Below, piece after piece: positions 28,102 through 36,346 of a stretch of 53,172 nucleotides of DNA (the stretch's first letter is position 1; the number at the start of each line of letters is the position of its first letter). The translations under genes and the position numbers were made by a program. The notes beneath the pieces are model-generated. The model saw only the letters and a list, made by a program, of their open reading frames with translations, made no database searches and was not told the DNA's origin. This stretch comes from Chloroflexota bacterium (GTDB taxonomy: Bacteria; Chloroflexota; Dehalococcoidia; SZUA-161), in assembly GCA_021787935.1 (NCBI GenBank), contig JAJYLC010000004.1:1-53172 (forward strand), written 5' to 3'.

Positions 28102-28224
28102 GTTTAGAAACACAATTACCATTCCGTGCTTGACACGGAATCCAGAAAACCCAGTTTCAAAATTACGATGAAGGTATCTGGATACCGACTTTCGTCGGTA
28201 TGGTAGGTCCATTACTAAATGACC
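28102..28224. mobile_element. ~120-bp MITE/REP-like palindromic element, copy 1
   Basis: 28102-28206 is identical to 51227-51331 except 1 base; internal hairpins ATTCCGTG/CACGGAAT and ATACCGAC/GTCGGTAT; imperfect terminal inverted repeats. Confidence 0.8.
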
Positions 28225-28372
28225 TCAAACAGCGTCCTCTTTTCAACAGGGCTGGATAAAGGTATAATACGATAGGTCTGCCCCTGAAAGATGAGGCTGC
28301 AGTGAGATAGCCAGGAAGCTATCTTCTGGAATTTGTAGGGAGTTATCTTTATGGGGAAAGGGGGATAAACCA

Positions 28373-28612
28373 ATGGCAGCCAAAGCCTATGTGCTGATTG
28401 AAACCTCGGTGGGGAAAACTAAAGACGTGGTACGCGCCATCAGCAAGCTCAAGGGAATGAGAGAGGTACATGCAGTGACAGGCCCCTATGATGTTATCGC
28501 AGTAGTAGAGGGAGCAGACCTGACCGCCGTGGGCAACCTGGTCACCAACCACATCCACCCTGTAGGCGGCATAGCCAGGACTGTGACCTGCCTGGCCATA
28601 GACGTCGGATAG
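28373..28612 (+). CDS. Stand-alone Lrp/AsnC ligand-binding domain protein
   Basis: KAYVLI...VHAVTGPYDVIA...GIARTVTC, 79 aa, no HTH. Confidence 0.9.
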   Translation: MAAKAYVLIETSVGKTKDVVRAISKLKGMREVHAVTGPYDVIAVVEGADLTAVGNLVTNHIHPVGGIARTVTCLAIDVG

Positions 28613-28636
28613 AGGTATCAGAGCCACCTCTATTTT
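28609..28636 (+). terminator. Possible intrinsic terminator after the Lrp/AsnC gene
   Basis: ATAGAGGT..ACCTCTAT followed by a short T run. Confidence 0.45.
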
Positions 28637-28693
28637 CAGATGCGGTGAAGAGGAGGTCAGTGGCAACCCTACTAAATTGAAAGGAAGTGATGC

Positions 28694-29881
28694 ATGGATT
28701 TCCGATTCACTGAGGAGCAGGACGCATTTCGCCAGAAGGTAAGGGGCTTCCTGGCGAAGGAGCTCCCCTCCGACTGGCTGACCGGCGGTGCGCCGGAAGA
28801 CGAAACCGACGAGTGGTGGAAGTTCACCCAGAGATTTCTCAAGAGGATTGGCGAGCAGGGATGGATATCAGCAACCTGGCCTAAAGAATACGGCGGCCAG
28901 GAACGTCCGACGTGGGAAGACGCTATCTTAGGCGAGGAGCTCGCCTACTGGAGGGCACCGGCTCAGGACTACTGGTTCCGCTGGAAGATGATCAGCGCCC
29001 TCCTGCTTAATTTCGGCAACGACGAACAGAAGAGGCGGCACCTGCCCGGAATAGCCAGCGGTCAGGTGTACTGGTGCCAGGGTTTCAGCGAGCCGGGCGC
29101 CGGCTCCGACCTGGGCGGCTGTCAGGTAAAAGCCCAGGACAAAGGAGACTACTTCCTGGTCAACGGCCAGAAGATTTGGACCACCGGAGCTCACAGAGCC
29201 CACTGGTGCTTCGCCCCACTGCTCTCAGACCCTGATGCTCCCAAGCGCTCCCGAATGCTCAGCATGTTCCTCGTAGATATGAAATCCCCGGGCGTCACCG
29301 TCAGACGCCTGGAGAGCCTCGAAGGGGTAGCGCACCTCTGCGAGACCTTTTTCGATGATGTCAAAGTCCCCAAAGAAAACCTGGTAGGGGAACGAGGCCG
29401 CGGCTGGCTTGCCGCCATGGCCCTGGTTAATATCGAGAGGTCGGGCCTCGGCTTCGCCTCCATGCCGCAGAAAATCCTTGAGCAGCTTGTGGAGTACGTC
29501 AAAGAGACCAAAGTCGATGGCGTGTCCCTCTCCCAAAACCCCTTAATTCGACGCAAGCTTGCTGAAATGGCCATAGAGATTCAGGTCTGCCGCCTGCTGG
29601 CCTACCGCGTAGCATGGGTGCAGGCCACAAATCAGGACGTAACCTCCGTAGGTGCTATTATCAAGCTGTTCGGCAGCGAGTTAATGCAGAGGGTTGTCGC
29701 TACCGGACTTGAGATACTGGGACTTTACGCGCAGCTTGTTCCCGGGTCGAAGGGGGCCAAGCTGGCGGGCAATATCACCCGTGATTACATGTGGAACCTG
29801 AGCTTGACCATTGCCGGCGGCACTTCTGAGATACAGCGAATTATTATCGCTACCCAGGGGCTGGGACTGCCCAGAATGTAG
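28694..29881 (+). CDS. Acyl-CoA dehydrogenase, catalytic-type subunit of a second heteromeric pair
   Basis: MDFRFT, GFSEPGAGSDL, NGQKIWT, NIER, IAGGTSEIQR; paralog of 10046-11218. Confidence 0.92.
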   Translation: MDFRFTEEQDAFRQKVRGFLAKELPSDWLTGGAPEDETDEWWKFTQRFLKRIGEQGWISATWPKEYGGQERPTWEDAILGEELAYWRAPAQDYWFRWKMISALLLNFGNDEQKRRHLPGIASGQVYWCQGFSEPGAGSDLGGCQVKAQDKGDYFLVNGQKIWTTGAHRAHWCFAPLLSDPDAPKRSRMLSMFLVDMKSPGVTVRRLESLEGVAHLCETFFDDVKVPKENLVGERGRGWLAAMALVNIERSGLGFASMPQKILEQLVEYVKETKVDGVSLSQNPLIRRKLAEMAIEIQVCRLLAYRVAWVQATNQDVTSVGAIIKLFGSELMQRVVATGLEILGLYAQLVPGSKGAKLAGNITRDYMWNLSLTIAGGTSEIQRIIIATQGLGLPRM

Positions 29882-29917
29882 CTTATATAAAACAATGAAG
29901 AATAGGGGGTAAAAAGC

Positions 29918-31051
29918 ATGGATTTCGCACTAAGTGAAGAGCAGGAAATGCTAAGGAATTCAGCCCGCGATTTTTTGACCAAAGAATGTCCCAAGACACT
30001 GGTGAGGCAGATGGAGACAGACGAGAAGGGCTATTCTCCAGCCATGTGGAAGGGTATGTCCGACCTGGGCTGGATGGGACTCGTCTTTCCCGAGCAGTAT
30101 GGTGGATCGGGCATGACTTTTCTCGACCTGTCTATCCTCATCGAGGAGCTGGGAAGGGCACTTGCCCCTTCTCCCTTCCTGCCCACTGTGGTGTACTGCG
30201 GGTTGCCCATCTTGGCGGCAGGTACGGAGGAGCAGAAAAAGCAGTTCCTGCCCGGTATAGCCAAAGGCGACATTATAATGACACTGGCGCTGACCGAGCC
30301 CAGCGCCACCTGGGATGCCGGCGGCATCACCGTTAAGGCAACCGCCGAAGGCGATGATTTCGTAATCAGCGGAACCAAGCTCTTTGTCCATGATGCTCAT
30401 ATAGCCAACTATTTCCTGGTGGTCGCCAGGACTAAAGAAGGCAAGCGCAAGGAGGATGGTATTACCCTCTTCCTGGTGGACACCAAGAGCCCGGGTATAA
30501 AGCTTAACCCGCTGAAAACAATAGCATCCGATAAGCAGTTCGAGGTCGTCTTCAACAAGGTTAAAGTACCCAAGAAGAATATCCTGGGCAAGCTGGACCA
30601 CGGCTGGTCTATAATACAGAATCTCGTGCCCAGGGCTACGTTGGCGCAGTGCGCCTATATGGTGGGCGGCGCGCAGCAGGTGCTGGAGATGACCGTCAAC
30701 TACGCTAAAGAGAGAGTGCAGTTCGGACGCCCCATCGGCAGCTTCCAGGCCATCCAGCACAAGTGTGCCAACATGGCGACCGATGTCGATGGCTCGCGTT
30801 TTATCACCTATCAGGCAGCATGGAAGCTGAGCGAAGGCATGGACTGCGGCCTTGAGGTATCCATGGCCAAGGCGTGGGTCAGCGAGGCTTACCGCCGCAC
30901 CTGCGCCGAGGGTCATCAGATTCACGGCGGCATCGGCTTCATCAAAGACCACGACATGCAGCTTTACTATCGCAGAGCCAAAGCCTCGGAGCTCGCCTTC
31001 GGCGACGCCGACTATCACCGCGAGCTTGTGGCCCAGCAAATCGGCCTGTAG
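29918..31051 (+). CDS. Acyl-CoA dehydrogenase, partner subunit of the second pair
   Basis: MDFALSEEQ, ERVQFGRPIGSFQA, QIHGGIG, LYYRRAK; close paralog of 12241-13371. Confidence 0.92.
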   Translation: MDFALSEEQEMLRNSARDFLTKECPKTLVRQMETDEKGYSPAMWKGMSDLGWMGLVFPEQYGGSGMTFLDLSILIEELGRALAPSPFLPTVVYCGLPILAAGTEEQKKQFLPGIAKGDIIMTLALTEPSATWDAGGITVKATAEGDDFVISGTKLFVHDAHIANYFLVVARTKEGKRKEDGITLFLVDTKSPGIKLNPLKTIASDKQFEVVFNKVKVPKKNILGKLDHGWSIIQNLVPRATLAQCAYMVGGAQQVLEMTVNYAKERVQFGRPIGSFQAIQHKCANMATDVDGSRFITYQAAWKLSEGMDCGLEVSMAKAWVSEAYRRTCAEGHQIHGGIGFIKDHDMQLYYRRAKASELAFGDADYHRELVAQQIGL

Positions 31052-31061
31052 CATCGTAAAC

Positions 31062-31095
31062 AATGTAGGGGCGACCGTCCGGTCGCCCCTACATT
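31062..31095. repeat. GTAG-type REP hairpin
   Basis: AATGTAGGGGCGACCG-TC-CGGTCGCCCCTACATT. Confidence 0.85.
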
Positions 31096-31113
31096 AAAAA
31101 CAAGAGCATTTCA

Positions 31114-31452
31114 ATGGACTGCATCTTCTGCAAAATCGCTAACGGTGAGATCAAGAGCGAAATCGTCTATCAGGATGAGACCACAGTCGCCTTCCCCGAC
31201 ATCAATCCCAAAGCGCCGGTGCATCTACTCATAATACCCAGAAAACACATCGAGCGCATTCTCGACCCTGCTGGTGATCAAGAAAAGCTTATAGGGCATC
31301 TGGTAACCGTAGCGAGTAAACTTGCCGAGCAACAGGGCATCTCTAGATCAGGATACCGCCTCGTGCTCAACCGCGGTGCCCATGGCGGTCAGGTTGTTCC
31401 GCACATTCACATCCATCTCCTCGGCGGCCGGCAAATGAGCAAGATGGGCTAG
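31114..31452 (+). CDS. Histidine triad nucleotide-binding protein (Hint/HinT)
   Basis: DCIFCKI, DINPKAPVH, GQVVPHIHIHLLGGR. Confidence 0.93.
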   Translation: MDCIFCKIANGEIKSEIVYQDETTVAFPDINPKAPVHLLIIPRKHIERILDPAGDQEKLIGHLVTVASKLAEQQGISRSGYRLVLNRGAHGGQVVPHIHIHLLGGRQMSKMG

Positions 31453-31479
31453 AACACCTCCACTACTTTCCTCATGTTC

Positions 31480-31707
31480 TTGCGAGGCCATCCGCAGGAG
31501 GCCGCGGCGTAGGTCATTACGTCATTCTGACTCTGAGCAGAGCGAAGGGGAAGAATCTCGCTGCTCGTTTATTCCACTATCAATATACAGTATGTCATTT
31601 CTTGGGAAATAACCTTAATTATGGGTAGGTCGGAGCACCCGCTCCGACTGAGCTCGGCAGGCGCCCCGTGTTATTGCGAGGCCATCCCAAGGAGGCCGCG
31701 GCAATCT
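31480..31707. repeat. Cluster of REP-like elements
   Basis: TTGCGAGGCCATCC..GGAGGCCGCGGC at 31480 and 31674; GTCATTCTGA..GCGAAG..GAATCT at 31521; GGGTAGGTCGGAGC..GCTCCGAC at 31623. Confidence 0.75.
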
Positions 31708-31810
31708 CTCGTGCCCCTCACTGAGACAGTAACAATGATAATCTTTCCCTCCCTACAGCATTCGCCATAATTTCGTATCTCGCACCCCAACCCCCTGCGA
31801 CATTTTCCTC

Positions 31811-31840
31811 TTGACATTATTAGAACATATGTGCTACTAT
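31811..31840 (+). promoter_or_regulatory. Sigma70 promoter with a LexA (SOS)-like box in its spacer
   Basis: TTGACA (31811)-18 bp-TACTAT (31835). AGAAC-ATAT-GTGCT at 31822-31835 has one mismatch to AGAAC-N4-GTTCT. Confidence 0.7.
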
Positions 31841-31965
31841 ATCGCCTGCGCAATCTCGCTGGAGTGAAAAAATGAGGCTTTTGAGACTGGCAATCGAAAC
31901 CCGGAAATGGGAGTTGGCAGCCCACGTCTTGATCTTGGGAGCTATTAAAGCAAGGCAGAGCGATA

Positions 31966-32316
31966 ATGACAAGCCCCGCATCAAAAACAAGGAAAAGTAC
32001 CAAAGGCAAGGTAAAAAAGCCTGAGCAGAGCTTCTACTCCAGAGCCCTGGACGAAGCCGAGGGCCTGGATTTCGAGTTGGCCCAGGATGTTGAGGGCATA
32101 GACGACGAGATTGCCCTGCTCAGGCTCAAGATAAAGTCTATCCTTGAGAGCGACCCCGACAATATAAAGCTCATTGCCGAAGCGACCAACGCCCTATCTC
32201 GCCTGGTCATGGCGCGCTACAAGATGGGCAGTGCACACAAGAAAGCCCTGGCCCACGCCGTAGGCGGCGTACTGAAAGACCTTGCCATACCGCTGGGCAT
32301 CAAATATTTACCGTAG
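31966..32316 (+). CDS. Putative terminase small subunit-like protein
   Basis: 116-aa helical protein with basic N-terminus, FYSRALD and DDEIALLR, immediately upstream of TerL. Assigned mainly by position and size. Confidence 0.5.
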   Translation: MTSPASKTRKSTKGKVKKPEQSFYSRALDEAEGLDFELAQDVEGIDDEIALLRLKIKSILESDPDNIKLIAEATNALSRLVMARYKMGSAHKKALAHAVGGVLKDLAIPLGIKYLP

Positions 32317-32329
32317 CATTCTATTTCAT

Positions 32330-32385
32330 GGGTAGCCTGGAGCATCCGCTCCAGGAGCGGCCGGAGCAGGTGCTCCGACCTACCC
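32330..32385. repeat. GTAG-type REP doublet between the terS-like and terL genes
   Basis: GGGTAGCCTGGAGC..GCTCCAGG and CGGAGCAGGTGCTCCGACCTACCC; the latter is the inverse of 31623-31645. Confidence 0.8.
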
Positions 32386-32402
32386 GTTAAAAACTGCCAA
32401 AA

Positions 32403-33788
32403 ATGATTACACTTAGGCCCTACCAGCTCGAAGTAGCACGCGCTGTCGCCGACAGCGTGGTGAACCGCAGAGGTTTGACCTTCTCGGTCGAGATCGCCCG
32501 TCAGGGTGGTAAGAACGAGCTTTCCGCTCAGCTCGAGGTGCTTCTCCTCACCCTCTTCATCGAAAAGGGAGGCAACGCCATAAAATGTTCCCCCACCTTT
32601 CAGCCGCAGACTTTCATCTCCCTGACGCGTCTGAAGGATAGGCTCAACGACTGGGGCTATGCCGAACTCTGGAAAACCGAGATGGGCCATATCCTGAGTC
32701 TGGGCAACGCCCGTCAGATATTTCTCTCCGCCGATGAGTCAGCGAACGTGGTTGGTAACACCGCCCATATACTGCTCGAGGTCGACGAAAGCCAGGACGT
32801 TTCAAAGGAAAAGTACAACAAGGAGTTCAAGCCTATGGGCGCCGCTACCAACGTCACCACAGTCCACTACGGCACCACCTGGGACGACTCGACCTTACTC
32901 GAACAGGTGAAACAGCTTAACCTGGAGCTGGAGAGAAAAGATGGCATAAAACGTCACTTTCGCTATGACTGGCAGGACGTGGCAGCGTACAATCCCCATT
33001 ACCTCAGCTATGTCCAGGTAGAGAAAGCTCGGCTGGGAGAGAGCCACCCGCTGTTCCTCACGCAGTATTGCCTCCAGCCACTTCACGGCTGCTGTGGTTT
33101 CTTCAGCCCACAGCAGCTCGACCAGCTTCAGGGCACACACATGCGCCGCAGCGCGCCGAAATACCCGAAAACATACATCGCCGGCATAGACCTTGCGGGC
33201 AGCACAGAAGAGGCGGCCGATGCTAAGTTGCGCTCCGCCAGACCTAGGCAGGACTCCACTGTGGTCACCATCGGAGAATTGGACTTCTCAGTCTGCAGCG
33301 ACATGGTGCCCCTGCCGCAGGTCAACATCGTAGAGCACTGCTGCTGGACAGGCAAACCTCACGTGGAGCAATATCCGCAGTTACTCGATGTTCTCAAGAA
33401 TGTCTGGGGGGTCAAAAGGGTAGTTGTGGATGCAACCGGCGTGGGAGCCGGAGTTGCCAGCTTTTTATGCGGCGCACTGGGCATGCCTGTAGTTGTCCCC
33501 TTCCTCTTCACTCAGGCATCCAAATCCAGGCTGGGCTTCGAGCTGCTGGCAGCGATAAACTCCGGCCGAGCCAAAATGTACGCCCGGGACGGTTCGGAGG
33601 ACTACCGTGAGTTCTGGTTTCAGATGGTGAAGGCCAGGAGCACCTTTAGAGCCAATCAGACCATGGACTTCTATGTCGACCCTGCCGTAGGACACGATGA
33701 TTTTCTCTCCAGCCTGGCCCTGCTGGTCGAGGCAGCGCGATATACTCCCAGGTCGGCCCGCGGGCATCTGCGGGAGGCAGCTTTATGA
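32403..33788 (+). CDS. Phage terminase large subunit
   Basis: LRPYQ adenine-binding motif, Walker A ARQGGKNE, Walker B LLEVDESQ, RNase H-like nuclease motifs AGIDLA, VVDATGVG, HDDFLSSLAL. Confidence 0.85.
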   Translation: MITLRPYQLEVARAVADSVVNRRGLTFSVEIARQGGKNELSAQLEVLLLTLFIEKGGNAIKCSPTFQPQTFISLTRLKDRLNDWGYAELWKTEMGHILSLGNARQIFLSADESANVVGNTAHILLEVDESQDVSKEKYNKEFKPMGAATNVTTVHYGTTWDDSTLLEQVKQLNLELERKDGIKRHFRYDWQDVAAYNPHYLSYVQVEKARLGESHPLFLTQYCLQPLHGCCGFFSPQQLDQLQGTHMRRSAPKYPKTYIAGIDLAGSTEEAADAKLRSARPRQDSTVVTIGELDFSVCSDMVPLPQVNIVEHCCWTGKPHVEQYPQLLDVLKNVWGVKRVVVDATGVGAGVASFLCGALGMPVVVPFLFTQASKSRLGFELLAAINSGRAKMYARDGSEDYREFWFQMVKARSTFRANQTMDFYVDPAVGHDDFLSSLALLVEAARYTPRSARGHLREAAL

Positions 33789-34063
33789 GAGAAGACATTG
33801 AGCCCATCTTCGATTCCCTGCCTGAGTACTCAGAGTACCGTGACCAGGGCTGCGACCTGTCCCCCTCTTGCCTCAAGTGTCCCCTGCCCAGATGCCGCCA
33901 CGATAAGCAGGAAGGAAGCAGGCGTGCATCCAAAAGGCTTAGAAACATGGAGATTTTCAGGCAGCGAACTGCGTCAGGCAGGAGCATATCCGAGCTGGCG
34001 AAAGAATTCGACTTGAGCAAACGTACCATCCAACGCATTATCAGGAGGTTGTCCGGTGAATAA
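33785..34063 (+). CDS. Small Cys4 + HTH DNA-binding protein (Mor/C-like C-terminal HTH)
   Basis: C-x5-C-x2-C-x4-C then RNMEIF..GRSISELAKEFDLSKRTIQRII; ATGA overlap with the terL stop. Confidence 0.7.
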   Translation: MREDIEPIFDSLPEYSEYRDQGCDLSPSCLKCPLPRCRHDKQEGSRRASKRLRNMEIFRQRTASGRSISELAKEFDLSKRTIQRIIRRLSGE

Positions 34064-35471
34064 CGAAAACATTGCAGGCACGAAGAAAGGCTATACACGG
34101 GAATCTACAAATAATAACCTGACCTTGCCGCAGCAGATAAACCGCATGGACACGGACAGACTGAGGGAATACCGCGAGAACCTGGAGTTCTACAGCGGAT
34201 CGCAGTGGCTGGGCCGCTCCCGTTCCCGTGAACGGCGGCTTACTTTCAACTATGCCAAGGTCTTCGTGGACAAGATCACCAGCTATCTCATGAGCGGGCT
34301 CAGCTTTGCCATAGACCCGGTTTCAGCCGATGACAGGGAGAGAGCCCGCAGAGCAGAAGAGGCCATATACAAGGTATACGAGTCCAACAATCTGGAGCAG
34401 CTCGATTTCGATACCGAGCTTGACACCGCAATTATGGGGGATGGCTGTTACAAAGTGACCTGGGATTCGCGAGAGCGCCAGGTAAGGGTATCGGCGCCCG
34501 ATGTACAGGGTATTTTCGTCTGGTGGCTCGGCGATGATGTCACCCGCGTATGGCGCATCGCCAGCCGCTACCAGCTATCAGCTGACGAGGTCAAATTCCT
34601 TTACAATGCAGGGGCGACACGACACATTAATCCTGCCACAGGCAAATCCCAATCGACTGTAATCGAGGTGTGGACAGAGAGGAAATTCGAGCTATGGATT
34701 GACAATACGCTGTTCGAGCGAAAGGCTAATCCCTATGGCTTCATTCCCTTCGTCATTTACCCCAACCTCAGGGAGCCCAAGAAGTTCTGGGGAGTTTCCG
34801 ACATCCCCGCGCTTATAGAACCGGCGCGGGAGCTGAACCGCGCTCTGTCCCAGCTTTCCTTAATTCTGGAGCTCTCAGGCAATCCCATCGCCGTTCTGGA
34901 GAATATCGAAAACGCCCAGGACATAGCTGTGCAGCCTGGGGCGGTGTGGGAGATACCAGAGCGCGCCAAAGCATACCTCCTCGACCTGTTACAAGGAGGC
35001 GGGGTAAAGCTGCATGTGGACTATATAGACCTGCTGTATCGCACGCTGCACGACCTTTCCGAATCGCCGCGCACCGCCTTCGGCGACAACGAGCGTGGCC
35101 TCTCCGGGGTGGCCCTGGAGATGGAGCTTCATCCTCTATTACAAAAGGTGAAACGCAAGCGAACTATCAGGACATCTGTGTACCGGCGGCGTAACGAGTT
35201 AATACTGAGGGTGCTGGAGAAGATGACAGGCGAGAGCTTCGGCGATTACCGCTCCCGCATCATCTGGGGGCCGGTCTTGCCACAGGATAGGGGACGCCTG
35301 GTCCGGGAAGAGCAGATACTGGTCGGCTCCGGCGTACATTCACGGCGCAGAGCGATGGATGAGCTTGGCGTAGAAGACCCCGAGGCAGAGTTCGGACGCT
35401 GGCTCGAGGAAGAAGAGAAGATACCTTTAACCCAGAAGAAAACCACAAGTGAAGATGGACAAGGGGCTTAA
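34056..35471 (+). CDS. Phage portal protein (SPP1 gp6-like)
   Basis: 471 aa downstream of TerL; FYSGSQW, TFNYAKVFVD, NPYGFIPFV, GVSDI, SGVALE and WGPVLP segments typical of gp6-like portals. Confidence 0.8.
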   Translation: MNNENIAGTKKGYTRESTNNNLTLPQQINRMDTDRLREYRENLEFYSGSQWLGRSRSRERRLTFNYAKVFVDKITSYLMSGLSFAIDPVSADDRERARRAEEAIYKVYESNNLEQLDFDTELDTAIMGDGCYKVTWDSRERQVRVSAPDVQGIFVWWLGDDVTRVWRIASRYQLSADEVKFLYNAGATRHINPATGKSQSTVIEVWTERKFELWIDNTLFERKANPYGFIPFVIYPNLREPKKFWGVSDIPALIEPARELNRALSQLSLILELSGNPIAVLENIENAQDIAVQPGAVWEIPERAKAYLLDLLQGGGVKLHVDYIDLLYRTLHDLSESPRTAFGDNERGLSGVALEMELHPLLQKVKRKRTIRTSVYRRRNELILRVLEKMTGESFGDYRSRIIWGPVLPQDRGRLVREEQILVGSGVHSRRRAMDELGVEDPEAEFGRWLEEEEKIPLTQKKTTSEDGQGA

Positions 35472-35517
35472 GCCCCTTGTCCACAAAGTAGGGGCACAGC
35501 GCGCTGTGCCCCTACTT
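35456..35517. repeat. Two adjacent palindromes (REP-like) at the portal 3' end
   Basis: TGGACAAGGGGCTTAAGCCCCTTGTCCA (overlaps the portal stop) and AAGTAGGGGCACAGCGCGCTGTGCCCCTACTT. Confidence 0.85.
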
Positions 35518-35533
35518 AAACTCAGGCGCATAT

Positions 35534-35562
35534 TTGCCAAGTACCGCTCGATGCTTTAGAAT
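35534..35562 (+). promoter_or_regulatory. Putative promoter of the NarL-type two-component pair
   Basis: TTGCCA-17 bp-TAGAAT. Confidence 0.55.
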
Positions 35563-35601
35563 TGGCTGTGGCACAATCGCCAAAGGATGTCCAATATTTA
35601 G

Positions 35602-36291
35602 ATGAAGCAAAAGAAGACCCGGGTCATTATCGCCGATGACCATGCTCTGCTGCGGGAGTCGATGAGAGACCTACTCGACCGGCAGGAGGATATAGAAGTG
35701 GTCGGTGAAGCATGTGACGGCGAGGAGGCTATACGGTTAAGCTATGAGTTAAAACCCGATATAGCAGTAATGGATATCGTGATGCCCCGTTTGAACGGTA
35801 TCGAGGCCAGCAAGGAGATTAAAAAAATCAGCCCGGGCACTGCTATTATAATTCTGACTGCTTATGACGATCCTCAATATGTGATGGGCTTGCTCGAGGC
35901 CGGAGCTGCAGGGTATCTGCTGAAAAGCGCTCGCGGCCGTGATGTGGTGGCTGCGATTCGTGCCGTGAGAGCAGGCGAGTCAGTCCTCCATCCTTCAATA
36001 ATAGCTATGCTCCTTAGGAGGGCGATGGGGATGGCGTCTGAGGAAAACAGGCCGAAAGGTAAAGAGACCCTCACCGACCGGGAAATTGAGGTGCTGAAAT
36101 TGGCAGCAAAGGGGATGAGTAATAAGGAAATAGCAGAGAAACTCTCAGTAACCGTTCGCACGGTGAAGGCCCATATCTCCAATGTATTTGCCAAAATGGA
36201 TGTTGCTTCACGCACTGAAGCTATATTGAAAGCAGTGCGAGAAGGATGGCTTGAGCTTGACAAAACTCCCAGCGGGGTCGACAGCGACTGA
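35602..36291 (+). CDS. NarL/FixJ family response regulator
   Basis: IADDH, MDIVMP, GYLLK, LTDREIEVL..GMSNKEIA..TVKAH. Confidence 0.95.
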   Translation: MKQKKTRVIIADDHALLRESMRDLLDRQEDIEVVGEACDGEEAIRLSYELKPDIAVMDIVMPRLNGIEASKEIKKISPGTAIIILTAYDDPQYVMGLLEAGAAGYLLKSARGRDVVAAIRAVRAGESVLHPSIIAMLLRRAMGMASEENRPKGKETLTDREIEVLKLAAKGMSNKEIAEKLSVTVRTVKAHISNVFAKMDVASRTEAILKAVREGWLELDKTPSGVDSD

Positions 36292-36346
36292 GCCTGTTGA
36301 TAGCCTGGTTCCCTGATTGAAATCTCACCCGCTGGTTGGATGTGAT

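Noticed and set aside
29960-31063. 367-aa antisense ORF (and the many shorter shadow ORFs in the track)
   Set aside because: Lies opposite a clear ACAD gene with no recognisable motifs; typical codon-bias shadow.
31966-35471. Interpretation as a complete prophage
   Set aside because: No integrase, att sites, replication, capsid, tail or lysis genes adjacent; the recombinase at 52.5 kb is separated by 17 kb of host genes. A decayed remnant cannot be fully excluded.
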